From the NCBI GenBank assembly GCA_965285935.1, contig OZ260663.1, forward strand, positions 68,200,001 to 68,264,000: 64,000 nt of DNA, given 5' to 3'. The translations under genes and the position numbers were made by a program. This stretch comes from Ophelia neglecta. Lineage: Eukaryota. Below the pieces are notes generated by a model. The model did not search any database. It saw nothing but the letters and a program-made list of their open reading frames with translations, and had not been told where the DNA came from. Shown in pieces: positions 26,941-41,757 of the stretch; positions within the stretch are counted from its first letter, which is position 1; each line of letters begins with the position of its first letter.

Positions 26941-28661
26941 TAGATTGAAATTTGGAAGGTTGGATGTCCAACAGTCGGTCTTGTTGGGGCCTGTGATTGC
27001 TCAGCATCAAACTCAATCTGACATAAAATTGAACGGTAACAAACTTATATGATTTAAGAGAACAGAATAATTAGATATTCATGAAAGAGGAGGAAATTAA
27101 ACTTATGAATGTTTTCATCCATATAGACCTGAGCCCTTTATTATTTGGTCTAAGAATAACAGGTTATGCACAGACAGTATCTAGAGAGTTGCGTTAATCT
27201 AGCGACCCTTGTGCATGCGAGCCCATGTAAAGCCACAAGGAACCTCAGCCCTGCTACAGCTGGGCAGGTAAACCATTACTCCCTATAGGGGTTACTGAAT
27301 ACCGGTGGCTATGGACACGCTTTGTATCGCATTCAGAAGACGTTTAATGCTTTCGTAATACTGTTCCCTTTTTTCAACTTTCCATGTTATAAAGTATTAT
27401 TTAGTTGTTTAGAAATCCGTGAAAATTACCGTGATGAAAAACCATCTGATGCTTGACCAACTAAATGCTTCATGTCTTTAATTATTCTATGCAATTATTT
27501 GATTGCGTTTCATTTAACTGTGATCTGCACAATAATCTGGATTCTATTCTAGAATGTATTCTATGGATGCTATAATACTTAATAAGGCTGTCTTAAACAC
27601 CGCAGTTTAATTAGATAAGTGACATGCTATCTCTTGCCTGCACCAAAATAATAAGCATATACTTAGGTCCATCATCGCATGTTTGAGCACCGCGAGCGCA
27701 TCCACAAAATATACACTTGAGTATCGTTTCAGCCACGTTTCAGGGTATTGCTTTTTTTCTTAAATCAAATTCACACGGAAGTAGCACTCCCGCATAGGTG
27801 TTAGATTGATCGAATGGCCCCCTCATTGTCCCGATAATAGACCTGATCGCATACGAATAGCCTACCGACGGTTGGTGAAAATTGTGTAAGTATCGTCTTT
27901 TTTGCCGGGGAAGGACGGTGCAGATTTTTGTTCTATGTATACGACTTATGCGATCTTTGTTCATACAATCTATTCGATTATGATCAATGCTTGTAGCGCA
28001 TGCTTTAACGATATTCTCAAATACCACTCACGACTGTTGCATTGAACAGAAAAATAACATACGTCCGGTTTGCCGGTAACCTTAATTAAAGCCAGCTCAA
28101 ATCCTAGGAGTTAACACCTCCATAGAAGTGGAGCAGAAAAGGGTATAGGCCGTACCTTAAGGAACATATACGTCCCATTTGCAAAACCCAACCCGCTTGC
28201 AGATTTAAACGTCACAAAAGCCCATCGTCTGTGAAAACAACGCTTCAGATTCGCCGGGTGATCTCTGAGGACAAGCACTCAGTTTAAGTTTGGCCTAACA
28301 CCACTTTCAGCCATAAATTATTTCAAAAGTCTACGAAAGAACAATAATTTAAAATGAATTACTATTGTCCTAGACTCCTTAGTAACAAATTACGTTTAAG
28401 CAGTAAAAAAATCCTGGAAATGGAAAGTCGCGAAACCATCGGAGCAGGCTGCTCGGCCTGCTTCTGAATGTTAAATATGCCCTATCATATTGAAATCGCA
28501 TTTTTCACATCTTGATGTCTACTGATGATCAACAAATCATTTTCACCACTAATGTTAATGTACATATTATGATATATTTATGAAAGTCCTGAAAAAAATC
28601 CATGATTTGAAAGACTCTTGATTCTCGTAATTCCTTTACAAGATTACCTAAGCACTACGAA

Positions 28662-28960
28662 CCTTGATGAAACGGCAATGTTTGCCAAATTGGCAGCGAT
28701 GGATTGCGATGAAACGTGATGAACCACGATGAATTTCAATGTTAGCCAAATGGGCTGTGACGTATACCGCGATGAACATCAATGAAATGCAATGTTAGAA
28801 AACTGGGCTGCGAAATATCGCGTTGAATCGAGATGAAATGCAATGTAAGCAAAAGGGCATTGACAAATACCGTGATGAACCGCGATGAAACCGATGCAAT
28901 GTTAGCTAATGGGCTGTGACATATACCGTGATGAACCGTGATGAAATTCGGTGCAATATG
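28662..28960. repeat. ~52-58-bp minisatellite, ~5-6 copies
   Basis: Recurrent ccg(c/t)gatgaa...caatgttag...tgggctg. The aatgt motif falls at ~28678, 28738, 28791, 28842 and 28898. Confidence 0.85.
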
Positions 28961-31900
28961 CCGCGGAATGTAACAATATATGCCTGGTATAGGCCTACTA
29001 TGATGCAAATCAATGTTAGTGAACTAACGGTGGAATAGATTACGAGATTTATAGTAGAATTTAACCCAGTAATTATCAATAGAGCCATATGGATGTCATC
29101 ATTGCTTTTCATGAAATTCGTAGCAGATGGCCAATGCAAACGAGTAAACCATACCGTGTAGGGGAAAATGATCCGTCGGCCTTGAACACACGCATGTTTA
29201 TATCCACCATTGGCGATACCCGCATATAAGCAACTATTCAAACTTTGAATAAAACATTTCATTGAATGTTTCATTGTCAAGAATCAGGAATAACTTTATA
29301 AATTACTGGTTTGCTCAGGCAGTTGTGCATATTTAAATTTCGCATTCCCAAACAAATTAGATATACTTATTATGAATTGCTGGTGAATTTAATTTATTTC
29401 AATAATGGTGATCAAGCAGGTTTAGCATAATGGGCAATACGCTATAGGTCATATTTCGCGCATGGGTGATGAACCAAGAACAAAATACAAGCAATTCGCT
29501 TATTTGTCTATTCCCATTATCACTGGAAACTCTCCCAATGACCAGTGAATTCCTTTTAACGGATATAAGCAACCATAGGAGCAGGTCATCCGTCTGCTAG
29601 TGAGAAACCATTTACTGGTACAAGGGGGAGTTTTGGCATGTAGTAATGAAGGCAATGTAAACTTGTGGTCTGACTCACTGACGATCTGGTAACACCTTTT
29701 TCTCGCAGTGGGCAGGCCATTAAATGATCATTACAACCATTCGTAGGAGCAGACGACATAGCACTGAAAAGTTCTGAAAATATTTATATTGGTCGAGGCA
29801 AGCAAATGCTTTCTCGGCTTTGCACCTGTGATAACATCCCAACCTTATGCCTTGGGTAGACCCCTCAGTGATGTTAACTTATAATTCAACAACAACGCCT
29901 TCTCATATAGTGAGGATTTTGGAACAGAAGATTCATTCGACTGTGATCAATATAGTTTGATATGGAAATATATTTGCCAAATCATTTAAATGATTTATCA
30001 GATGAAATAGATTTGTGTTTAGGCGCGTTTTATATAATGAAATAGGTGGTTCTGCGTATGTTCCTCATATAGCATTCTTAGCATTTACAGAACGTATACA
30101 ATTTCTTATTCCAGCAACATTGCGACTATATTCTGGTTCTAGAATAGTTAATTCCTTAATACGACCGCTAAATCCCCCTCTCTCCAACCCTCACATTCAA
30201 CCCATGCACCCCCACCCACCCATTCGACCAATTCCTACCAAAACCAATGAAATAACCGCCTTCATATATTTCTCAAATTATTCCCTCTACCCCACCCCTC
30301 CCCGACCCCACCCCGGATCCTTCCTCCCCGGATATAGAGCCTCGCAGTCCTAAACCCTACCCAACAGGTGGCCCCTTGCTCTGTCTATCTCGTTACAATT
30401 GCAACCAAACTTCACTACGCAAGTTGACTTTCATCGCCTGTGAGAAATCCTTTACTGTTCTTGCATTGTACACTACTATAAAATGTCTAGAACCCCGCAG
30501 CCATCGAATTGAAAAAATAATTTGACGTTTTTCAATGCCTGCTGGAAATAATATCCTGTTTGCTGCCACACATATCCAATCGAGTCCTCCAAGCCAGATT
30601 ACGAGAGCTGGTTTCATGTTTGTCAGCTGTCTATGTTTGTACATCTTGATCGCTTTACAGAGAAAACTTTGCTTTTTAATATGTAAAGAAAGAAAAATTG
30701 TAATTTTTTATAACGGTGGAAACTTACTCCTGCTGCGTTTCCTATTTGCTCATAAAATAAGCCCCAAGGCGTATCATTGATATTTCTACTATTTATTTGA
30801 CATCAACAAACTCTAAGCCACCATGCAGCTAAAACTCCATAAAGTTAGTCAATTTAAGTGAAAAAGCCTATTCCAATATGTGCAGATCATGTTTTGAGTA
30901 CTTTTTTTTCTGTGATATTTAAAGCAGTGCAAGTTTTTCTAGTAATGTGATTCATCTTATGTTCATATAGGGCTGCCGAATCGAGGCCCTTAAAGGTTGG
31001 TCTGGACTTATGCCTGGTTTTGCCTGCCGGGTATCCAATCATATTTCAGAGTGCATTTGTGTGGAATTAGGGCAAATGAACGGCCATAATGTAGACCCAT
31101 ATCTCAGCAAATAATGAGCTTATCAGTTTAACAACTGGATGACCTCATTGCTGCTTATTATCTTGAGGGTAAACGGTAACCATATGTTGTTTAAAAGATA
31201 AACGATAAATAAGAACCAATTTGTGGTGGGAGGAGAGGGGTCTATGTACCCTCCTGGTCTTTTTTGATCCGTTATATTCTTCCCAGGGCTAATTACAAGA
31301 GGGATGCATGCAAGGAGTCATCCTATGAATTCGGTCTGAACATGTTCAAAACTTTTGCTCCTGGAGATCTGGATGTACTAGTGAATTACTACCATTCCGC
31401 TATAGTATCAAGTAGCAAATGGCTCCAATACTTCAACAAAACATCTCGCGGCTCACTATGATACTATACTATGGGCATCGGTGGCCGAGATAGGGCTTTG
31501 CTGTATTGATCACGTGTTTATGTACATACAGACGGTTTGCCAGTTTATAGTCAAATCTAATGTCATAAATAGCGCTATCATTTACTCGGATCATTTTATT
31601 TATTTTTATCTCGTTTTAATCTTACTTTATTTTTCTGGTTGGTGGTAATTATTGGCAGTGCCTCTAACAGTAAAGAACCCTCATAAGTGATTGTTATGTT
31701 TGGGCCTGGGGGCATCTAAACACGAACGTATGCAGGTATATGCAGAATCTCTTGTCTCGGGACATTTAATCCGGTAAGCTTTAGCTAAAGAGAATCTCGC
31801 ATGCACGAGCGTCATAAGCAAAATGATCAATGCTCCTTATTTCATCCCTGGTGTGAAATTTGTTATTTTTAAAGACATGCGTTTGTAATTCATTTACATC

Positions 31901-32079
31901 GATTGCAAACATTGACATGGAACGAATTCTCTATATTTTTTTTCCTAATTAGCAATGGAACACTTTAAAACGAAGAGAAATCTCTCTTTTTTTCAATGGA
32001 AGCTCAGATAACCAAAAACCTTGGTACTTTATTCACGGGACACGTGTGATTCTTCTTGATTGATCTCGTCTTAAAACAA

Positions 32080-32500
32080 GACCGGCTTATTTGTGTTGTG
32101 AAAGCCAAGATAATACTTGCGTGCTGTGCTCAAGAAGTAAGTCGAGTAGACTGACAACCCCTGGAAGGGAGCGGCCCTAAGTGCTTTACAAAAAAGTTTT
32201 CTTAAATAATAGACTAAGCGTGTCTCACTCCGACACATTGTCCTGTTGCCTGTCTTTTGTCTGGAACACTGTAAGAGGTTTGCCTGTCGAACGCACATTT
32301 GCTGCAAATTGCTGAAACACAGAATAGTGATTTGCCAATTCTGAAAAATCTTTTGACCGCAACATTGCCGCATTGGACATCTAATCCAGAATAAGTCGGC
32401 AAGTCGACTTCCCTAACTCTCGTTTTCTGCATTTACTCGCATTAACTCAATTTAGACATCAATCTGTCCAGTAGATCTCTTTTCCCAATACAATAAGCAG
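32080..32500 (-). mobile_element. Possible decayed N-terminal part of a Mutator-like/Kolobok-type transposase
   Basis: Minus-strand frames give DLLDRLMSKL..CE, VQCGNV, IGKSLFCVSAICSKCAFDRQTS and ETRLVYYLRK. These recall the 'GLAS.L...C..C...TS.....N.RLVYA.R.IG' pattern. Stops and frameshifts are present. Confidence 0.3.
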
Positions 32501-33924
32501 CGAGGTCACTTCTTTTCCCGTTTGTTTGGCTTTTTGTTAACTACTGCCTAGCCCTATATTTCCAATTTATTTCTTCGAGAGTGCCATATATATTCTGGTA
32601 ATCACCTTCTTAGATGTTTGTAGTCTCTTTAGAAATCTCCCTGGATTTTGCCCGCGACATGTCCGTCATGAAGCCATGTGTACTTTTGCCCGGGGACATT
32701 TTGTTGCTCTAAAAGCTTTCACCACTTCTTGCTCCAGTGCAAAACGAGAGTTATGAATAGAACCGTTTAACATAAAAGGTTCAATATTTTAGGTCTATAA
32801 CGGGCTTCTCGTCACACTCGAGCATTGACTCCAGCACCCAACTGGAATAAAAATGTAAAATTACTTTCATTTGCTAGTTTTATTGACTTTTTCCCTGAAG
32901 TGGCCCTTTTCGACTCATTCTGTAAATGGCATGGATAGGCAGGAAACCCTAGGGAGAATGAATATTATTTGAATAAGGAGACGAGGAGTGGTCCTCGTTC
33001 CTTTAACTCGGGGGAATGTGACAATTAAGGGGTCTAATCCATTACCAAACGAGGATAAGGAAATAGTTACACAGAATACATTCGGAAGATTTTCTGGTCC
33101 CTTAGCCTATATATGTATTTCATTTACTTCTGCTTCACTTTCTTTGATGAAGCCAATGGAGTTTAGATACTGGCCTTAACAATATATTTATTATTATGTT
33201 AAGGGGTGCAATATCTTTTTTCAGTCTGTTTTTGTTATGATACAATGTGTTTGTTATGTCCCAGCCTGCTCAAGGTCGTCCTGAGCAATGTGAATCACTT
33301 AACCTATATATTTTAGGAGGAATTAAAAACATAAAGTATTTTTTTCTTTCGAGGAACACCGATTGGGTCAGGTTTCAGTGACATGCCTAAAGCATCATGA
33401 CACATGAACGTGCCAAAGAACTATGTAGTTCGCTCTAATTCACCATGAAAAGAAGACTCTAAAGTAACCGACCTCCTCGATTGATAACCTGCAAAAGTAA
33501 CCCTATTCCTTGATTGATCACATTAAAAATCCTGAATGTCGTAAGCGACTGTAAAATGAATTTGGTGAACTTGGCCATGTATCATTTGTCACAATATCAA
33601 ATTAAAGGGCAAGCAGTGCTCCATCAACACAACAAACTGTGGACTAATTTTAAGACCTTTCAACTGGCAGAACATTTTTCAATTGCCTCGGGGCCTAAAA
33701 ATATACATATTGACAAAATATGAGTTATGACGTTTTAAAAATGTTCCTAATGTGACCGTGAAGTACAAATAAGGTAAATTTGTTGCAGAATCTTATCGCT
33801 TGTTGCCAGCGATGAGCGCTTTAGGTCTGTGTCAGATTTCAAAATAAAAGGTGGAGAAATATTACATCCCCCCTCCCCCCGCTGTATATATGTCCCACTT
33901 GTCTAAGCGATTTAAGATCCCCAG

Positions 33925-34550
33925 CAAGGTGTTCATTATTGCGGGGGGGGGGGCGCAACACAAGAGGTGGCAGGGGAAAATGAATCGACCTTTCGAATAG
34001 GGGGAAGGTCAAAAAGTGTGCTGCACGCCCTTCTCTTCCCCAGTTACCGTCGTATGCTAACACGCATTGCACTTAAAATTCACGAGTAGTTTGTGCGTAC
34101 TGCGTGCAAACAACACGTATACTCTTCGCGAACTCTCTTCTAACCTTGCTCAGACTGAGCAGGGTAAGAGGAGTGGGTCTGGCACTCCGAAAAAATTGTC
34201 TGCGCGAATTCTTCGCATACCGTGGACCAATCCTTAAACCTTCACCATGCACTCTACGAAAACTGCATGCGCATTTCATAAACATGCCTATTCATTACTC
34301 AATGAGCATGCACTTAGTTCACACTCAATGTGTTATCTTGCTTTAATTATAAGCAGTCACTTCCAAGTAGGCTTATTGAGTGAGGGTCAAAAAAAGTGTT
34401 CGTGCCTAAGTGGGGGGGGGGGGCGCAAATTTTCGGTATCACAAATGGAAGGTATGGGTTCGCAAAAGTTTAAACCCCCCCCCCTCAGTCACACACCCCT
34501 TACACCCCTCCCCCCGCCCCCTCCGGACATTAATACTGACCACTCCGTAA
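33925..34550. mobile_element. Degenerate G/C-run MITE (PIF/Harbinger-like), possibly with nested insertion
   Basis: The left end aggtgttcattattgc is followed by a G-run. The right end is a C-run followed by cattaatactgaccactccgtaa. ggtcaaaaa(a)agtgt and G-run+cgcaa motifs are duplicated. Confidence 0.35.
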
Positions 34551-37500
34551 TGAAAAGTTTATTGAGTTTTGGTATATAACATATTTTTTGCAGCCGTCGC
34601 AGTTCAGGTATGCATCCGTTGTAAAATCGTGTGCTGCGATGTGCTTTTATCATTCAAACTGAAAATATTCTCTGGAGTATTCATCATTCAACGAGCCATC
34701 TTTTACCATTTTTTGGCTTCGATGACATACAATTAGCAAATTCCATTGTCCCTCATACCACTTGAAAGGGTTCTGGCACTTGTAAGCTTTCCATTGCCAG
34801 TATGCCTCTCCATATCAAAGCCAAGTGTCAACGATGATTTCACTCGGACGTATTTCTGTGGGCCTGCGCTAGCCTGGTTTCCTGTGGGGATCACAAGTCT
34901 TATTTTTCCTGTCACATCTAGCCTTGTGGCCGTCCAATATACCAGGGCTCTGTCATTCGTCTGACGTCTTATTACTGCAGTGACGGCTCTCCCGTGACGC
35001 ACTCTCCAGGAAAAGTCCTGACATTAATTAAGTGAAAATTGATAAGGAAAGTATTATATGATGTCTACCCTGGTCATGGGCGACCGTTTCACCGTTCGAC
35101 TGTTGCCACCAAGCCAAGAAAAAAAATGTGGTAGAACCATTGAATACAATCTCTTATGAAATACGACATTGCTCTCTTCTTATACATGCATCTTTCTGAC
35201 CCTTCTTAGACACAAACACTTTTTCTAGTAGGTCACTTCTTAAACATCGAAAAACAACCGGTGATTGACATCCCTTTTAGATAGTTTGTCGATGCAAATT
35301 AGCCATCAAGAAATATTCTCCAACGGAAATTGCTGCGTGACACAAATGAAACATGATGCAAGAATGTATTCAAAGGAATAATTGTGTGATTATATAGGCC
35401 TACATTCGATCAATGTTATTGTTTCGTAAATTTCAGAATATATTCATGTTGCATAATATGACCGTACCACAGGGCAATGTCTTTGAAAATATTTTCTCTG
35501 GAGGGATTATGGGATATGGGGTAATGAGTTGTTGTCACCAACCCGGCTTTGCGTCGGGCCGTGTGATTAATTGATTAAAATCTCGACGGCAATTTCTGCT
35601 GTCTTGATTGATACATCAATCTAGACAAGTCACTGGGGTCGGGCGTTGATTTACAGACACATTAAGATGATTAGGCAGTAAACACACTCTTTTATGAGCG
35701 GATGTAAGTGCTGAGCCCTAATCACTTGATTATACCGAAGGAATGACTTGCCGAGGCTTCCAGCCCCAAGGCTGATTAGCTATTTCCAATGTCAACATGT
35801 TTTCCTTTGTGGGTTTTTATTTGAAATAGATGAGCTGAAGGATTACTTTGATAAGTCCTACTAGACTACTCATTTCCCCTTACAGTACTGCTGTTATACA
35901 ATTCCCTGATTATCGTTCGGTGTTATTCAACCTCAAAGCGGCTTTTTTCTTTTGAAAGGTGTCGGTCTTTATATGTTTATCTGAAGATAGATTCGGTGCT
36001 ATAGGAAAGTGACATACTTATTCAGGCAAGATGTAACCAAGATATGGGAAAATACACATTTCAAAGAGCCTCGTTTGCATTAAGAATATTGAGAAACGAA
36101 GAGCATCTTCTCTGGTAGGAGTTACGTTTTCTTCCATAATTCTTTGAAATATGCAACAAATTTTCTTAACCAGTCCCCACCATTACAAAATGTACACGTG
36201 TCTCATTCAATGCAAATAAGAAGCAAATAAGAATCTGTTAAGGAACAGATTCGTTTCGTAAAAAATTGGCTTAAGCCTACAAATAATTGTGCTAGTAGGC
36301 ATCAATTACCAAAGAAGTATGGATAGGGTCACCTCTTGATTTATGTGTTTTGCATAGCATGGGAGGAAGTCAGAAGTATTTCACATATCTTGACCGGGCG
36401 ATAAATCAACCTGTTCTCTGATACGACCAATTACCATGACAATAATAAAATGAAGCAAGATAGATGTGAAAAATACACAAAGTGCTCATGAGGAGACACA
36501 TTCATAATATTTTGACATTTTTGCCGCTTAATTTGCCCCGGAATATAGCGGATAAATGAAAACAGACTGCACTAAGGCCGCCTTGGCTTTGCTCAGCCAA
36601 GCTATATAGCTTGTACATTATTGGAATCAATCTAGTCCCGCTGCTAATATTGGACGAAGTGTTATTAAGGAAATTATTTTCAAGCAGAGGGAGTATCCAT
36701 CAAACTATAACTGCACGAGTATCGTGTGCCTGGCCTCTAATAATGGCGGGGGGTTAACCCAGGGGGTGAGAAATGCTGTATCTTAGACGCCAAGAGGTAT
36801 TTTAACGTTGACCCCCACGTCTGAGAGGTACCCAACGAACTGATCTGATGCATATCTGTTCTGATGGTACTTTCAGCTGGCTGGTAAAATAACCTTATAA
36901 GAAAAAGAACAGCCTACAATCTTCTTGGCTGGTTTTCATGAGGTCATTTCCTAGAGACCACTATATGGGTCTGTCATGTGACCAGTACTGAACAACTGAA
37001 TATGTACTGTATGTGCTGCGCGGGAGCAGCTGCTAATTGTGCTGCTGCTCATACATCAGCGTTCCAGCTAGCCGGAAAAAAGAAAAAGATATATGACCAA
37101 TCAGCTAGGATGTCGACTGGCTGCAATACCTTACACTAACTGTTTTATTACTACTGGTATATTCACAGTGCTTTATCTGTTGTTGGCAACGCGCGGGTAT
37201 GTATGTGGGCCCCTATCATTTCTGCAAATTGTAGTTTACTTCAAGACATAGAGAGCTCTGTATCTTTTATTCCAGATATCTAACACCTATACCATGATCA
37301 ACAACAGCGTAATGATTTAATTGGTTATTTTAGACCTGCTAAATCTCCAAATCCTTTTGATATAGGCATATAATATCTAATAATTTAGCTGCATGTAGAT
37401 GCCTTAATTTTTTTCTCCCCAAATCCACTGTTCTATTATGAAATCTAAGATGTATCAGGTTTATTATAACATCATTCTGCTCCATACTTAAGGCTATAGG

Positions 37501-38454
37501 CCTATATCTACATATTTGTTGACGAAGAGCAACCGCGCCCACATTCCGTAAGTGTGCTGAAATATTAATGTATGATACGGGGTAGCCCTCAAAAAAAGTT
37601 ACAAGTGAAAAAATAGAAACGGCGTTGCCGAAAATACTGCATAGATCAAGGTCCCGTATTGTTCCGCTCTCCCCTAATAGAGCTTATATCATCAAATATT
37701 AAAATAACAATCGGTTTCTCTCCCAGTGCATCCACAAGAATAATCGCTGTGATCCACTCTTTTTCCATATGTGTTCAGACGGCGCTTGCTACAATCCTTT
37801 CAGTAGGGATCCCTTGCGGTTCTGGCAAACAAAACCTTTCACAGAGCAACACGACTCCGCTTTGTCACTTCAGCAGGGCACTGCGGCCTTGGTGACTCCC
37901 TACACGTCTTCAAAGTGGCAGGGATTTACCGAGCATTTTCCGAGCAAAGTGATACTCTTGCACTATACAAAACAAAAATAATACTATATAGGCCTACCTC
38001 AAGGCAAAAAGGCTAAAAGCACTCTAGTAGTTCTTTTTTCTTTGAAACTGCCAATGATTCCATTTTGCATTCGGAGTTTGAAAGTAGATAACGAAAAGCA
38101 TGAATAAAATAATGTTTAAACATATATAGATCTAGGGTCGGTATTTTTAGTGATAGCTTATGAATGGGTAATTATATAATTGTGTATGACGCGACTTTTG
38201 TGAGCATTTGCAATCCATGTCAAAGGTAGGCCCCACACCTGATTCTTATGAAGAAACGGTTTGAGCTATGAAGCAAAAATGAAATGCAGAAAAATATATA
38301 AAAAAAAGAAATACAGGAACATATGTATATCCCCTGATCACATCGGACTGATGTTTTCTCATGCAGCAGTATCCGTACATGAAATGAATTTTGTTACGCG
38401 AGCACAACGCGATCTCTGGATTGAATCAGTACATTTATAGTCCTAAAGCTTATA

Positions 38455-38621
38455 CAGTGTAACCTGCCTTAAACACCACCTTTATATTCAGACCACCTGC
38501 CAATTCAGACAACTGATATGAAGACCATACATAGCGCACGCTTTCAATGTAAAATACCCTGTATAAACAGATTACCTCTGTTTTCAGTCCCATGGGTGGT
38601 CTTAATTCGCAGGTTTCACTG
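38455..38621 (-). mobile_element. Tc1/mariner-type MITE, 167 bp, TA TSD (inverted copy of the 26763-26940 family)
   Basis: TA|cagtgtaacctg ... caggtttcactg|TA. Its reverse complement aligns to both ends of the 26763 copy, e.g. aaacctg(t/c)gaattaagac(a/c)acc and aggtggt(c/g)tttaaggcaggtt. Confidence 0.85.
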
Positions 38622-41351
38622 TAATAAACTATATGTAGATCTGGAGGATTTAACCCTCTCCGCAGACGACACAGGGTATCCTGGCTGATCAGTAGCTGAG
38701 GGCACCTTCTTTTAATTCGGATTACGTTTGATCATATAATATTTTTTAACTATAATGTTGCCCTAAGTTTTACACAGATAAAAAACCAAACTATGATCAA
38801 CATGCTTTAGGAACAAACCTCGGTATTGTAAATGTGAAGCCGTCAGATTTTTATGCCACATGAATAATAAATGTTATAACCCTTCCGCGGCTGTCTCGGA
38901 GATACGAGGGATTTGACTCAAATTCCTGATTTCGCCTCAACTTTAGGTTAATATTGATCGGTAAGGCACGTGGAGTGCGGTTACCAATCCGTACTCGTAG
39001 ACGTTTAAAGTTCACCTACCTGTGGTGGATTGTGACAGGTAGCTTAAACCCCATGTAAATCATCGAGTAGTTCACTACAGCGATGTCATTCATTAAAAAG
39101 TGATTTCCAATTATCAATTACTAGTTGTGTCGTCATCATAACGATTTAAAACCACGCATGTAAGGAATTTTAAACTTTACCAAATCCACTTGAAACTGAT
39201 ATGTACTTGGCTTCGCCAGTCGTTGAACGTCTTTGATTTGTGTTTTCATCTAGTATCGTTCAGGTTCTATACAGGTTCTGCATATCCATGATACCATGCG
39301 GCAATGTCCACCTACGCTTTTATAAAACTTTGCCACGGTCGCATCCACTTAACATTTAACTTTTAAACGTGCATAAGCCTATAATAAGACCCTTAAACTT
39401 ATATAGGGGAAAATGGAACAGCGTGTAGACACGAAATAAATTGCCACCCATAGCTGTTCATTGTGTCCCTATGGTGTATATGCAATCCCTGTGGTGTGGT
39501 TAGAAACTTGAATCTCACATAGAATCCAGGAAAAACATTCTACCATAAGCGATATCCTGATTACGGCGACAATGCATGAGAAATAAGCCGCACACTTTCG
39601 TCCTTTCCTACATTTCCTGGTGTCCCTTATTATCCTCATCGAGTAGTTGATGAAGGTCTGTGAGTAGGGTATACATTTGTATTTCTGTCAGCTAAAACTT
39701 TACCGTTTCTTTGTTATCCACTCTGCTCAAAGCACCAAAGGAACCTAATGTCTTCAGAACCAGGCACTAACAAACTCTGTATAGGGAGCCGAAAGGTAAT
39801 GATTGTAAAAAATCAAGGCTTTATTGAATTATAAGAACTCATTTGCTTACTTATCGACAACCTTGGAGCTCTGTAAGCATGTCTGAACAGTTTTGGAACG
39901 CACACTATTCTTAGTTTTCCAGCCGAAAGAAATGCAAAAAAGTAACCATTATGGCCTGGAGGCGTTCTTTGTTTTAAAATTGAATGAGGTTTGGTGGATT
40001 CTAACCGGTTGGTGCAATTTGAAACTCCAATTGACTATCACCCTTTTAAAGTCTTATAGGGCAATATATCTTCACTGCCGTGTTTTACTCTCAATGCCAA
40101 TTACTGCTCAGAACGAAAACATATATTGGCATGTGGGAGCGAGTGCTAATTTGCCCGAAGTAATCCAAAATACATTGAGAGCCATAATCCGTAAGTTGAT
40201 TGAAAAAACCGTTCGATACTGCATACGACGAAGTACCGGTTACTTTATGAAATTGTTCCAACGTTTATATAGTGTATGCTCTCATACTTTAGAGTGGGCC
40301 AATGTAGAATTATTTTTGACGTATACTGATAAAAATGTATAGTCAAATGACTTTGCTCGACAAATGCCATGAATGGAAACGCAAATATAGCCAATGGAGG
40401 ATTGGAGGTTTTGATTTAGTCTTATTTCTAATGAAAATCGTCCGTTTTGGTGCTACTGCTTGGTTTAAATGTGACATTTTAATTCATAAAGTTATCTGAC
40501 AAGTCATTGGTAGACATGAATGGGCAGAATGCACAATATATGAAGAAGGGATTAAATTATTGGGACACTCCTTTCCAATAGGGCAAAGAGAGGAAACAGG
40601 CAGACGAAATCTCCTTGGTTTATTGATTTCCCGACAAGTTCTACAAAGTAATTGTCAGATTCCATTACGGGCGTTGTACCACACAGTCCCAAGCAACCTC
40701 CTCTAACTGTTTCAATCTATTTCGGATATACAGCGGGCTGCGGTCGTTAGCTTCATGTATGAGGTGTGTTGTGTTTAAATCAAACCCTGAACTCAATCGA
40801 GACTCAATCGAGTCGAAATCTGCATTGATTAATTTAACTCTGACGTGGCTCGTTGTTAGAGAATTGCTTGAGGATTAGTGTGTCTATCAACAGACACAAT
40901 GTATTGTGACCCCGACCCTGGTTTTCCTTTTAACCCAAGCCCTGCGACTTTCATTTTCCTATTTCGACATAAACACAGTTTTGTTTTCGCAGAAAAAATT
41001 ATGATAATCAGACCTACGTTGGTTGTTTAAGGTATGTTTAATGAATATGTGCGCTTTATAATTAACTAGCTTTATTTATAAGCGTAGTAGAATGTGTCTA
41101 TTTGGTTTGACCCAAATAGATCTTTATGGTATCTACAGAAAATTGCCCTTAAACATTTCGAGCAACTCTAGTTTTCTCCGTGCTAAACGTATAATAGCAT
41201 AATCGATATTTAATATAAAGCCTTTATCACGTTTTATCTTGAACTTAGAGGCATTGGGATGATGCCAAGTAAATGAAAAACCAGGGGTAATCAGCAATAC
41301 TTTCAATTTACGCTGTATTTCAATCATATTTGCTCACTGTTCTGTGGTTAA

Positions 41352-41757
41352 GAGTTAATACGCATGGCTGCATTCTTATGAGCGATAACACCGGACGCTA
41401 CGGTTTCTCCATGTAAAGTCCATGGGTACCCCAGTGTTATTGCGGCACGCCGGGCAAAGTATTGGAAATTGCTGGAAAATCATGGATTCAAATAGAAGCA
41501 AAGGTTCCGCACACCGTCCCAATATTCTTATTTTATTTCCTTACATTGTTTATAAGGATTCTTGTTTGACAACTGGTTATTGTTTACTAGAAAAACGGAA
41601 TAAGTTTAATTTCATATTTCAAAAAAGTAACATTGGCATGATGTTTGCTGAAATTTTAGCTTAATTTCCAGTAATTTCCATGTCAATTGCACCGCCCGTC
41701 TTGGTGCCAACTGTGCGAGAATAACGTAGGGGTTTCATTAATTGCTAGTATTAACTC
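41352..41757. mobile_element. Non-autonomous TTAA-specific DNA transposon (Sola3/Kolobok-like), 406 bp
   Basis: TTAA|GAGTTAATAC (41348-41361) ... GTATTAACTC|TTAA (41748-41761), a perfect 14-bp inverted repeat including the TTAA TSD. Confidence 0.7.

Noticed and set aside
34247-34579. Gly/Pro-rich 110-aa ORF
   Set aside because: The composition comes from the G and C homopolymer runs of a MITE-like repeat.
39893-40342. 149-aa ORF
   Set aside because: TTG start, no recognisable motif, and the sequence looks like AT-rich transposon-internal DNA.
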